Positions 11,301 to 21,519 of a stretch of 64,000 nt of DNA are shown here, in pieces. This DNA is from Setoptus koraiensis. Its lineage: Eukaryota > Animalia > Arthropoda. The notes under the pieces were generated by a model, which made no database searches, was not told the origin of the DNA, and was given only the letters and a program-made list of their open reading frames with translations. A program made the position numbers and the translations under genes. The number at the start of each line of letters is the position of its first letter. Within the stretch, counting starts at the first letter, position 1. Where the stretch lies: assembly GCA_048013815.1 (NCBI GenBank), contig CM106586.1:19778001-19842000 (forward strand). Reading direction: 5' to 3'.

Positions 11301-12190
11301 AGGATACAGCATTCAAAGGAACTCTATGCAATGAAGAAATCGGAGTCAACTTACGGTCCGAAAACTATATACGTTATGACTTCGATGCCACCATTTCCAC
11401 CAGAGCCGAGAAGATCGTCGTCGGATTCACTACAATAGAGCAAAAAGGGCTGATTTTAGGTATAACTTCGTACTCTGGAGAATATATGAATCTGCTTATG
11501 TCTTCCTCTGGATACTTGAAGCTCGAATTCGATTTCGGTTTCGAGCGCAAGGAGGAAATCATCAATGATGAACACTTCAATCTAGGTGGCAACCATGAGA
11601 TAAGAATAAATCGTGCTGAGGATGGTAGAACTCTATCCATTGCCGTAGACGACCATGCGCCAAAAACTTATACTTACAATATCAGCGATGATGCAGATAG
11701 ATCTTTTGATAGACTCAGAAGTGTTTATATCGGAAGAAACGAGACAATGGATCCAGGTGACGGATTTGTGGGCTGTGTGTCACGTGTAGAATTCAATGAA
11801 AAATTCCCACTTAAATATTTATTCCAAGAGAATAGAAAAACCAACGTATATGCCTATCCAAATAATTCAGTTATGGAAGATTACTGTGGCTTGATACCCA
11901 CTACACTTGTCACAGAAATCCAAGAAGAGAGACCTCCGGGACCAAACATAGAGTCCGTGAAACCACCTACTAATAACTATTATTACGCTACATTGTTGTT
12001 AACTATTATTATTGGCGTGCTTCTCATCATATTCTTAATAGTTCTTCTGGGATTATACAAATCAAATGAAAAAGGTAACTATATCACGCATGAAGACATA
12101 GGAGCAAAAGAAGCTTTAGATCCCGACACTGCAGTTGTTATGGGAGTAACAGGTGCATCAGTGACTAAAAAGAAAGAGTATTTCATATGA
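8363..12190 (+). CDS. Nrx-IV: Neurexin IV / Caspr-family septate-junction protein, single exon (ORF is open upstream to 8069)
   Basis: Signal peptide MAPFSVVKLLLALVLAF, discoidin F5/8C domain (WIAGQSDFSQYL...IRINPIRWHDRIAMRVGLFGC), LamG/EGF/fibrinogen-like repeats, TM helix, band-4.1-type juxtamembrane motif, C-terminal PDZ ligand KKEYFI. Confidence 0.95.
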   Translation: MAPFSVVKLLLALVLAFIQCMSATSAEHSCKEPLLHTRNVNLFASSMHDSNMARSGFSSSTIRLDGDHSWIAGQSDFSQYLTIDLGNKFNISAIYTQGRKSTHTNEFVQEYRITYGNDGKDFQPYRDRNGNIKIFMGNVDNDRTKEHVFEPSIIARYVRINPIRWHDRIAMRVGLFGCPYDSQTFSFNGDSFVDMDLRFRTIHSMDTNVNFRFKTSKADANIIYATSDLGHLMAIQLLDNKLVFSIDLAGTGEIYNISAGSLLDDNLWHDVSMTRYGNQIYITLDRVVVKQRIPTDFSKLFLNNHLYIGGIPSYLYPINNARMNFSGCLENLLIDGNKIINDYMLDTQHLIYRTIGSIDRECLETDTAPVKFSTRESYLKIDGYQMEQLNCSFDFRTFEKNGLLLSSKFTSDGHLKLYLRKGRFVIDIAGIEGQVTIEPYDRILNDGSWHSFKIHARENLIETYLDGKQSTTRRKFLFKGGKEYFLGGGSENTMSGFIGCIRFLYIEGRYINFQTLSEDKIQKLHPSDILFEQCQMIDRCHPNPCEHDGICEQDSQMFQCNCTETDYHGAVCHVSRYPMSCDALRIEKPQLKEISTYLDVDGSGPLGAFPVTCRFIDKLTQTIIHHRSEDEINVQGFDNKGSFILPIEYLASDNSISNLIDRSKSCSQYLSYKCYNGTRLMTSNGQFDPVSWWVGSKNQKMDYWAGSLPGSLGCKCGLDGSCKDPNYACNCDSPNQDLHSELIDDGTITQKEHLPVKEIRIGDTGGTRSAKVHLAELICEGHPQEDDAITFRKEDAIVTIPDVELAEATEIYLQFKTTIPSAILIQGDITTNLVELSLSNMDTLQLSFMSGSFEKISLQAKSLQKLNDNNWHSVSVELNQREARLVVDGNIISNHDMKSDFNRLTQVKSRFTVGGSSERKEGYVGCMRSLEIDGRPYDIYRHRESTYGIIRGCRGRCQSTSCFNGGVCIERYTTFDCDCQDTAFKGTLCNEEIGVNLRSENYIRYDFDATISTRAEKIVVGFTTIEQKGLILGITSYSGEYMNLLMSSSGYLKLEFDFGFERKEEIINDEHFNLGGNHEIRINRAEDGRTLSIAVDDHAPKTYTYNISDDADRSFDRLRSVYIGRNETMDPGDGFVGCVSRVEFNEKFPLKYLFQENRKTNVYAYPNNSVMEDYCGLIPTTLVTEIQEERPPGPNIESVKPPTNNYYYATLLLTIIIGVLLIIFLIVLLGLYKSNEKGNYITHEDIGAKEALDPDTAVVMGVTGASVTKKKEYFI

Positions 12191-12225
12191 GTTCATGAAC
12201 TATTGTTATTTTTATTATTGTATTA

Positions 12226-12870
12226 TTAAGATTCAATCGGTTGTAAAGATTTTGCCCTTGTTGTTTCTCTCTTGGATGAGGATTTTCTCATCTGCAGGAA
12301 TGTAAATACCATCATGAAAATGTCTCCTATAAATAGGAGAAAACCGAATGCCATCATCAAAGGTCCTATGATTGTAAATAGAGTTTCAATTAATTGATTA
12401 CCAGTAAGAACACCTTCACGTATTCATGTAACTACACATCAAGGTATTGAAAAAAATGAAATAAATTATCTTACCTACGATTCTTGGCATACTTGAGCCA
12501 ACATATCTTTGATAATTATTGTCGAAGTTCGGTGGTGTAACTTCGGTGTAATATATAAGACACACGACGCCACCGATGACCATCATGAGAAGTCCAACTA
12601 CCAAAAGTGATACAGTACAAATCAGAATTGGCTCGAAATTCTCGGGATGTTTGATGGCCCGGACGAATTCATTCCTGTCGGCTGGTTGATATCCTTGATA
12701 TCTTTTCATTTTTTCCAAACGCTGATTTCAAGTTCTAGAAAAAGCTAAACTTCGGAGAATTACTATAAACTATCCACGTCGATTGAAAATAAAATCTCTA
12801 TTACTCAGACAAAACTCACAAGAGAAGTCAAATCTTGCTTTGGATTCATCGAAGTTGATTGATAATTCAT
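12226..12870 (-). CDS. Small two-TM membrane protein, unidentified; 3 exons (12870-12820, 12721-12475, 12365-12226)
   Basis: Donors GTGAGT and GTAAG and acceptors CAG and TAG join in frame: MNYQSTSMNPKQDLTSL|RLEKMKRY...ILICTVSLLVVGLLMMVIGGVVCLIYY...RIV|GPLMMAFGFLLFIGDIFMMVFTFLQMRK...IES*. Confidence 0.75.
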
Positions 12871-13210
12871 AGTCAAGAATTAATTTAACGTTAGGCTCAG
12901 TTAATCAGTATACATCAGTAATACTCATCATATCAGAAGTCATAATCTGGTTTTTACAAAAGCTACAGAAGCATGTTGCAATTACTGTTTAGAAACAGTA
13001 GTAGCGACGTGATGACTCACAATCACATAATGGTTTCGGTTATGCCATAATACATTTATTATGTTCAAAGTAAACAAAAAAAACTACATCAGATAAAGTT
13101 GATGAAGTAGACAAAACGATGCTCGACGTTAGCTCAATTTGTGGGAGCAATAAACTTAACTAGTCTAAGCCCAGTGTTGATTACTCTATTTAATGCTATT
13201 TATTAACCAA

Positions 13211-13498
13211 CTATTTCAGAAACGTAGACCTTAGCATGGCTTTTTCATCCAATTGAAATTCAGCGAAAGCGTTACCGGCATCAATTGATGGCCCATCTTC
13301 GCCTCTTAAGACGTCCTCCATGATATTTGACGATCTTAGAAAAGGTAGTCTTTGTATCTTCTTTGCAGCGTCCAATTCTACTCCATATTTGAGTGCGGCT
13401 CCTAGTCCTTGGACATTTTTCATGAGTAACATGGATGCTCGGTCATCTAGGTCTGCTAGGAGAGTAGCAGTGGTTTTGCTGGCAAATTTGTTATCCAT
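13211..13498 (-). CDS. 95-aa hypothetical protein, divergent from KRI1
   Basis: ATG-started ORF with globular composition in a gene-dense block. Family not recognised. Confidence 0.6.
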   Translation of the reverse strand: MDNKFASKTTATLLADLDDRASMLLMKNVQGLGAALKYGVELDAAKKIQRLPFLRSSNIMEDVLRGEDGPSIDAGNAFAEFQLDEKAMLRSTFLK

Positions 13499-13626
13499 AA
13501 TGCTATTGTTGACTAAATAAGTATTTCTCTTGTGTAATGATTGGTTTGGAAAGGAAAGTGTTAGTTGTCAGTGCTGGAATAAGATTCAGTTTTAAATAGA
13601 AATTGCAGATTATCTAATGGGTTTTA

Positions 13627-13679
13627 TCTTGTTTTATCACCTGGCTTGTATCTTGTTTTATCACCTGGCTTGTATCTTG
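13627..13679. repeat. Perfect 24-bp tandem duplication (TCTTGTTTTATCACCTGGCTTGTA x2 plus TCTTG) in the divergent promoter
   Basis: Direct reading. Confidence 0.9.
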
Positions 13680-13921
13680 GTGCACTATCAATACAATATG
13701 GCGCGCGAGATTCGATTCTACGAGAGTGCCTTTTCAGTGGTTTGAGAGCGAAGCAAGCGCCTCTTGCGGTGCATCGTCATATGAAAAAGCACGCCATGTG
13801 CGATCAATCACGCTTCAACTGCCGCAACAACTTTTAAATGGTACCTCTTTTTCTGTCCAAGACCTGTAATAGACCTTTAATCCAGAGCAATCAATTTATT
13901 TAGTCTCTTCTTCAATCTATC

Positions 13922-15694
13922 ATGGCCAAGAAGAAAGGTGGAGTGGAATCGAAAGCCACGAAAAACATTGAGCAACCTGGAACCTCCAACAAAAAATTGA
14001 ATTTAGATCTATCCTCATCGTCAGAAGATGAACACGATGAACCTATCAAGATAAATGAAAAATTTGCCACATCTTACGAGAGCTGGAGACGAAAGGAAGA
14101 AATAGCTAGATTGAAAAGTAAATACGGAGACGCTGATGATTTGGATAAGGCTTGGACTTCTGACGAGGACGAGGGAAACCGTGTCTACGACTCGTCTGGT
14201 TCTGACTCCGACTCCGATTCCGACTCCAGCACCGATGAGAGAATTGCCCAAGAACAGATTTTCGACAAGCAATTTTTCAAGTGTTACTCTGCCTTGAAGA
14301 AGAGAGATGAAAAAATCTACGACAAACAAGTTAAATTCTTTGATGATCCCAGCACGTCGTCGCCATCTGATGATGATGAGAAATCGAGTCAGGTCAACAA
14401 GAAAATCACCAAACCTAAAATGACTCTTCTGGATTACCACATCAAGTTGGCCACCGGCCTAGAGGCGGACACTCCTGAGGATCAAATGTCGTCTAACCTG
14501 ATGCTGGACAAACGAGATAAATCTCATTATGAAAAGGAGTTGGACGAAATCAAGAGCGAACTCAAAAGAGCCGAAGGTTCCAGCGACGACGACGATGATG
14601 ATTTGTTTATTAGGAAGAAACCTAAAACCGAAGCCTCTGTTACTGAGAAGCACAAGGCTGAGAAGAAGGTTGTTGTAGATGAAGAAATAGCAAATGATGA
14701 AGATCTAAGTTATCTTAAGGACTTTTGGCACAAAGAAAACAAAGAATTGGACGAGCGCGAGAAATTTCTACGCGACTTTATTCTTAATAAGAAATATTTA
14801 AATGATCAGGAGGATGTTGAAGAGGCGACAGACGAGAAAGCCGATGAATTCTTTTCCAAAAACGTCGATGATGTTACAGATGGTTTCAAAAGTGAGGACG
14901 ATGAAATTGAGAAAAACAATCCTGTTAGTAAAGTTAAAAAATCTAAATTCCACTCGGAGGAAAAAAACGCTGACCAGATCCAGAGAATACCTCGTAACGT
15001 CACAGCCACTATTCGGGATCTTGAACGTCAACAAATTGGCAAAGAAAAAAGAGAGGCTAGACGAGAGCGAAAGAAAAAGGAAAAGAGGGACGAACTTAAC
15101 AGGCTTAAATTATTCCAGAAGCAAGAGATGGAAGAAAAGCTGCAGAAAATACGAAAAATATCAGGGGATCCCGAAATAAGCATGGAGGACGTCGCCGAAA
15201 CATTGGATGGCGATAAAGAGTTTGATTTCGATCGCCATCCTGTCCCGCCATGCGAAGACATTGTGGCTGGTATTCCCACTAAATTCAAATATCGTTCTAC
15301 TGTTCCTAATGACTTCGGTCTCAGCAATGAGGAGCTCTTGATGGCGACTGATCAAGAGCTAAATCGATGGGTTAGTTTGAAGAAGACAAGCCAATATAGA
15401 AGCGAAGACCAAGAACTATTCGACAAGAAGGCCTACGATCAAAAAAGAAACAATCTAAAGTTGAAAGAAAAGATATTCACATCCATCTATAGTTCTAAGG
15501 AAGATGATCAGAAAGAGAAAGAAGGCGAAGAAGAGAAACCGGAAGAAGATAGCGAACAGGTACAAAAGAAGGCTAAGAAGAAGAAGCATAAGAGAGGAGT
15601 CAACCACAAAAAAACAAAATGTGGCGTGCCGGAGGAAAGATTACTAGCATATGGTATAAGTAAGAAGAAACTGAAAAAATCAAAACTACTTTGA
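13922..15694 (+). CDS. KRI1: Protein KRI1 homolog (40S ribosome biogenesis), intronless
   Basis: Acidic/Lys-rich protein with KEEIARLKSKYG, FFKCYSALKKRDEKIYD and the Kri1_C-like FKYRSTVPNDFGLSNEELLMATDQELNRWVSLKK. Confidence 0.92.
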   Translation: MAKKKGGVESKATKNIEQPGTSNKKLNLDLSSSSEDEHDEPIKINEKFATSYESWRRKEEIARLKSKYGDADDLDKAWTSDEDEGNRVYDSSGSDSDSDSDSSTDERIAQEQIFDKQFFKCYSALKKRDEKIYDKQVKFFDDPSTSSPSDDDEKSSQVNKKITKPKMTLLDYHIKLATGLEADTPEDQMSSNLMLDKRDKSHYEKELDEIKSELKRAEGSSDDDDDDLFIRKKPKTEASVTEKHKAEKKVVVDEEIANDEDLSYLKDFWHKENKELDEREKFLRDFILNKKYLNDQEDVEEATDEKADEFFSKNVDDVTDGFKSEDDEIEKNNPVSKVKKSKFHSEEKNADQIQRIPRNVTATIRDLERQQIGKEKREARRERKKKEKRDELNRLKLFQKQEMEEKLQKIRKISGDPEISMEDVAETLDGDKEFDFDRHPVPPCEDIVAGIPTKFKYRSTVPNDFGLSNEELLMATDQELNRWVSLKKTSQYRSEDQELFDKKAYDQKRNNLKLKEKIFTSIYSSKEDDQKEKEGEEEKPEEDSEQVQKKAKKKKHKRGVNHKKTKCGVPEERLLAYGISKKKLKKSKLL

Positions 15695-16393
15695 TTATGT
15701 TGACGCTGTACATATAAGATGTATATTCTGATATATATAGGTATATAGGAGATAATTTTTGTTAAGGATGTTCACAATCAAAATAAAAGGTTTGTTTAAT
15801 AACTTATAGCATCAAAGAGACATCTGCAAATGGCTAAAGATATACGGTCGTTGCTCGACTGAAGCAAATTCATAACGTGTCAATCTAACTCAACGCTATC
15901 ACGGACTCTCAAAGTTTCTTTGAGACTCTCGGGTGACATCTTAAGGACAATAAGTTTTCACCCTGGATGATATTCTATAAATTGTCTTCGATGGTTTTGT
16001 CTCGATATTTTGTCCATTTTTGGTACGGTTGTACCTAGCCGGTACATTTGCGATTGGTACTTTCAGTTTCATTGTTACATTCACGTGAGACTGTGTTGTC
16101 TGTATACTAGAAGTGAACCAAATTGGAATTGAATGATGGGATCACAGGATTAAATGGTTTAAGGTAAACAGAATCAGACAACATAGCCTTATAATCGCTA
16201 AGATTAAGAGATGGTGTCCATAATTTATCAATCAGAACTCAGTAAAAGAACACATGTCTGTGGCACTCGCTTAGTTTCATCAGTTTGACTGAAGGTCACC
16301 TCAACAAAATTATATATATATATAACAATCGCAATCAGATTGTTAAAGTAATTTAGTAAAAATTTAGTAAAAATAAATTGAGGTAGAGCAATC

Positions 16394-19300
16394 ATGAAGT
16401 TCGTCAACAATAACGAAGAGAAACTGGGTCAACAGAAGGCAAAAACTGAAAACTCACAAGCAGACACAACGAGAAATAATATTTCCAAGTTGAAAAGAGA
16501 CGAAAAGTCCAAGAATGTCCACCCTTATGATGCCGCTAGTTTTATCAACAGCCTCTTTTTCGGGTGAGTCCAAAAGTCCTTATGCAGACGTGTGTATCCG
16601 AGGAGTGAAAGAATAGACGATTGATCAATCAATTCATTCTATTTTCGCCAGTTGGATGTTCCCCTATTTATGGCTGGGCTACACGAAAAAACTAGAGGTA
16701 ACGGATTTGCCGATGCTGCCGTCACGTAAAGAGCAATGTAGATTCATTACTCACAAGCTGGAAAAGTAAGTTTTTCCAAAAATGAACAATTGCAACAGTT
16801 GTCACGAGTGTTGTCATTCAATTGTATTCGGTCATTCCATCTCAACTGTACCCTGTGCCGGAATCACGAAGGAACTGGATCAACGAACTTGAGCTTCTCA
16901 AAGATAATAAGACGCCCAGCTTGATTAGAGCTGTAATTAAAACGTTTTCGTGGCGATTAATTAGATATTCATCGCTAACTATAATTGCAGAAGTTATCTG
17001 TAAATCGATGATGGCCTTCAGCGTGGGTCAGATACTGTACTACATAGACGCGCGACATTTGGTGCAAGCGGACCTACTATTTACCGCTTATGATCCACTA
17101 ATGCAATGGTCATTTGTATTAATTTTTTGCACTGGTCTTTGGATTATTTTTGCTCACTATTATGGTTTTATTATGATGCTGATAGGATTACATTTAAGGT
17201 CTGCCTGCTCGCATCTAATCTACAAGAAGTCGCTGCGATTAAGCCAGGCATCGATGGGGAAATCAACTATCGGTCAGATGGTGAATCTGTTGTCGAACGA
17301 CTTGGATAAATTCAACTATTTTCCCCTGGTGGTACCGTTTCTCTGGGTAGGCCCGATGCAATTGATCTTTTCGCTGTTGCTGATCTGGCCCATTTTAGGA
17401 ACTGCTTGTTACGCATTGGCGATAATGATCATATTTGTACCAATTCAATGCTGGCTGTGTCGACGATTTGCCTCTTATCGCGGAAAGATAGCTATTTGTA
17501 CGGATAAGCGAGTCCGTATGGTCAACGAAATGATAAATTCGTTGCGACTCATCAAAGCCTACGCCTGGGAATACGCTTGTCAAAATGCCATGGACAAGAC
17601 GCGAAAAGAGGAGACAGACCTTATTTTCAGGTGAGTAGTTATGATGCGAGATGTCAGTGGTAGAGGTTAGTGACACTTGTTTCAACTCGAACAATGTTTG
17701 CTTTCTATTTTTTCCCTTTATCTTTGCCAATGCAAGAGTGAACCAGCTGAAATCAATCAATATCGCCAATATGTTCATGTCTGGAAAATTAGTCTTGTTT
17801 GTCATAATACTGGTTCATACGATTGTGTTGAAGCGCCATTTGAGTGCCCGAATGCTATTCATGTCCATGGCAATACTGACCAATATCACATTTATGATGA
17901 CCAAATTGATACCGCAACTGGTGTCGCATTCAGTTGAGGTGTGTATATCGCTGAGGAGAATGGGCGATTTTCTATTGCTTGAAGAGACTAGCCAATCAAA
18001 GTGTCTCACTTTCGAGAAGCCTCCGCAAAGCATACAAACTAAAAATGCAACAGGTGAACGAAAAAACATCGCCGGCGAGGCGCCAACAGTTGAACTGGAC
18101 AAAGTGAGCGCGATTTGGAGTGGATCAACTAATTTTGCCTTCAAGGATATTAGTTTGCAAGTATTTCGCGGCCAACTGATGATTGTTTGTGGTCCTGTTG
18201 GCAGCGGAAAATCATCGCTTCTGATGGGCCTGCTAAACGAGTTGCCAATACTGTCTGGCAAGGCGACAGTACGCGGCGAGTTGGCCTACGCCGGTCAACA
18301 GGCGTGGATATTTGCCGGCACAGTTCGTGACAATATCCTGTTTAATTGTGAGTTTGATTGCGATCGCTACAACAAAGTGATAGAGGTTTGCGCACTGGAA
18401 CGCGATTTGGAATTGTTTGAATATGGCGATCAGACGTATGTTAATGACAAGGGTGTGTCGTTGAGTGGTGGACAGAAGGCTCGAATAAGCCTGGCTAGAT
18501 GCCTGTACAAGAAAGACTGTGATATATATCTATTGGACGATCCGCTGAGCGCTGTGGACAGTCACGTATCCAATCATATTTTCGAGCAAGCCATTCTGGG
18601 CTTTCTCAAGAACAAAACAGTTGTTCTTGTGACGCACCAGGTTCAATTCTTGAAAAGAGCCCACTCGGTTCTAGTGATGGAGCATGGCAAATGTCTCAAT
18701 ATGGCCAGCTATGATGTGTTGCAAACAATGAACATAGACTACCTGAATCGACTCAAAACGTTGGACGACAAAGAAACGGACACACCATCGCAGGCCGGCT
18801 TGCCAGAAACAACCGATGAGAGCGGAAAAAATGACAATCAGGGGACGCCCGTGATTTCCAATGACGACAACGCGATGCTCAACATGCAGACCATCGATCA
18901 CGTCAATGTCCCCGATGATTCACTGAGCGTCAAATCTAATCATCAGGTGGCAGTGAACAATGTACAGTGCGACGCTCACAAAGAGACCAAAGAGAGATCC
19001 TTCGAAAATTCACTCGAGAGATCGGATTCAACCTGTTACACAGATCACGACCCCATCAATGTCATACAATTGTCAGCTATGACCAAAAATGCGCCGTTTG
19101 AAGCCATTCAATTGGGCGCCGTCACAACTGAACAGCAACAACAAGCGCGGGTAACGAGCGAAAAATCCGTTCACAAATTGGCACCCAACGAAAGTCTTGT
19201 TGCCCCTCGAAGAGCCCCCCCAGACAACAATGAAGGCGAGGGCATGTCCAAAGAGTTTGTTGGTCTCAAAGTTTGGTGGGACTATTTCACATCGGCTTCA

Positions 19301-21282
19301 GTGTTCCGATTTGTGACGGCAATTTTAATTTTGGTGGCCGCTCAGATTGTGTTCACTCTCATCGATATATATCTGACTGTTTGGACTATCACTGACCAGC
19401 AAGAGGCCGTTGTTTCCGAGATTGTGCCGGCAGTGAATGGCAGCTTGACAGTGTCGCCAGTGACCCAGGTCAACGCCATTTACTCGCCTTTGTATAATCT
19501 AATCAAGGATTTCGACACAGAACAGAAAGCCTCGCTTTACGGCATGCTAATTGCGCTGTTGTTCACGTGCGCCTATCTAGGCAACTGCCTCTACTATTCG
19601 TCGGCCTCCCGAACGGCTATCAAGCTCTATAAACGACTGTTCTCCCAGGCCCTATTTGCCCGAATGGAATTCTTCGATAAGAATCCCATCGGGCGCTTCC
19701 TGAACAGGGCGACGCGCGACATGGGCGTAGTGGACGAACTGCTGCCCTTGGCCTCTCAACAGACCCTAGAAGTGACAATGCAATGCTTGTCCTACGTGAT
19801 AGTGGTTGCCTTGAATGACATATCGCTAATTGGGCCCTGTTCCATAATGATCATTGTGTTTGTCACTGTGTATCATTTATACACGGTGCCTTTGCGAGAC
19901 ATTCAGCGCATCGAGAGTAGGGCCAGAAGCCCGATTCTTTCGCATTTGGCGAGCTCGTTGAATGGCCTGACATTCATTAGGGCCAATAAAGTGGAACAGG
20001 AATTCGAGAAAAAATTCGTCGCTTACCAAGATCATCATTCGTCGTTGTTTCTCATGGCGCTTGGCTGCAATCGCTGGCTCACTGTTGCCCTGGACTGGCT
20101 CAATTGTTTGTTCATAGCCACAATAACCCTGTACTCTGTTCTCACCGATATCAACTCTGGCTCCTACGCGGGACTCATTATCACCAACAGTATTGCCCTG
20201 TGTGGCATTGCTCAAAACGGAATTATCCGTTTGTGCGAGACAGAATCGTTTTTGATCAGCGTTGAGCGCATCAGACAATATTGTAACCTGCCCCAGGAGG
20301 ACCATTATGACGACGCTAAAAAAGCCGACTCGGCACCGGGGGGTCGCGGAGATGCGCCGACCAAACAGGATCGCTCGCCCAATTGGCCGCAATCTGGCGA
20401 CCTCAAATTCGACAATGTCAGCTTGTATTACGACAAAAACGAGCGTCCGGTTGTAAACCAACTCACTGTGCACATTAGATCGGGCGAAAAAGTTGGTATT
20501 GTGGGCCGGACGGGCGCCGGAAAATCGTCCATCGTTACAACGCTGTTCAGACTGCACGATTTCGAGGGCCGCATCCTTCTAGACGGAGTGGACACCAAGC
20601 GGGTGGGTCTGAAACAACTCAGGAGCAGTGTCAGTATCATACCGCAGGACCCTGTTTTGTTTACTGACACCATACGGCACAACGTTGATCCATTTCACGA
20701 GTACGATGACGACAAAATCTGGCGCGTTCTCGAGCTGGCGCACCTGAGACAGGCCGTGGTGGAAATGCAAAACGGACTAGAGTCGCAACTCAGCGAGGGC
20801 GGTATGTATCTCAATCACTGTAGATAATTGCTGTTTTTCATCACGATCTCTCTACATCTTGATGATCTAATTAATTAATTGATTAACAATTGGCAGGCGC
20901 CAATCTGTCGGCAGGACAGCGACAGCTCATGTGTCTGGCTAGGGCCCTGCTGAAACGAAATCATGTGCTCGTCATGGACGAGGCCACGGCCAATGTCGAT
21001 CCGTGCACCGACAACATTATTCAGGACACCATAAGAAAGCACTTTTCCGATTGGACAGTGCTCATCATCGCTCACAGACTCAACACAATTATAGACTGCG
21101 ACCGCATTATAGTCATGAACGCCGGCGTCATGGTGGAGTCGGACGGAGCGCACCAACTTCTGGCCATTTCCGGCGGCATCTTCGCAAACATGGTGGCCGC
21201 AACAGGCGAGGCAAACGCGAAAAAACTCACGAACCTAGCAAAGGTGGCTTATGAATCGCGCAGAAGCGCCCCCAAAGTCTAG
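16394..21282 (+). CDS. ABC transporter subfamily C, short MRP4-type without TMD0, ~1497 aa; exons 16394-16563, 16652-16765, 16872-17630, 17737-20801, 20897-21282
   Basis: Lasso-like start HPYDAASFINSLFFGWMFP. NBD1 has GPVGSGKS, LSGGQ and YLLDD; NBD2 has GRTGAGKS, LSAGQRQL and VLVMDE. All four GT-AG introns preserve frame (total 4494 nt). Confidence 0.93.
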
Positions 21283-21519
21283 TCTAGTTCGAAGAAGAAA
21301 AGTTTCGAAGAAAAAAACAAAAAGATTTCGAAAAAAAAATTTAGAAAAAAAAAACAGAAAAATTTCGAAAAATCTGCCGAAAACTGTCTTATGTTTATTT
21401 CGTGTTTCCGTTTGTTTGTCTGCTGATTGCTTTGCGTGTGATGAATACTAAATCGATTTTTCAAACTAGCCATCATTCTCCTGTCTGAACGCAACATGTC
21501 TGCCCAATCAGTTCTGTGG

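Noticed and set aside
15830-16040. Protein-like minus-strand fragment (KMSPESLKETLRVRDSVELD*HVMNLL...)
   Set aside because: Short, interrupted and unassignable.
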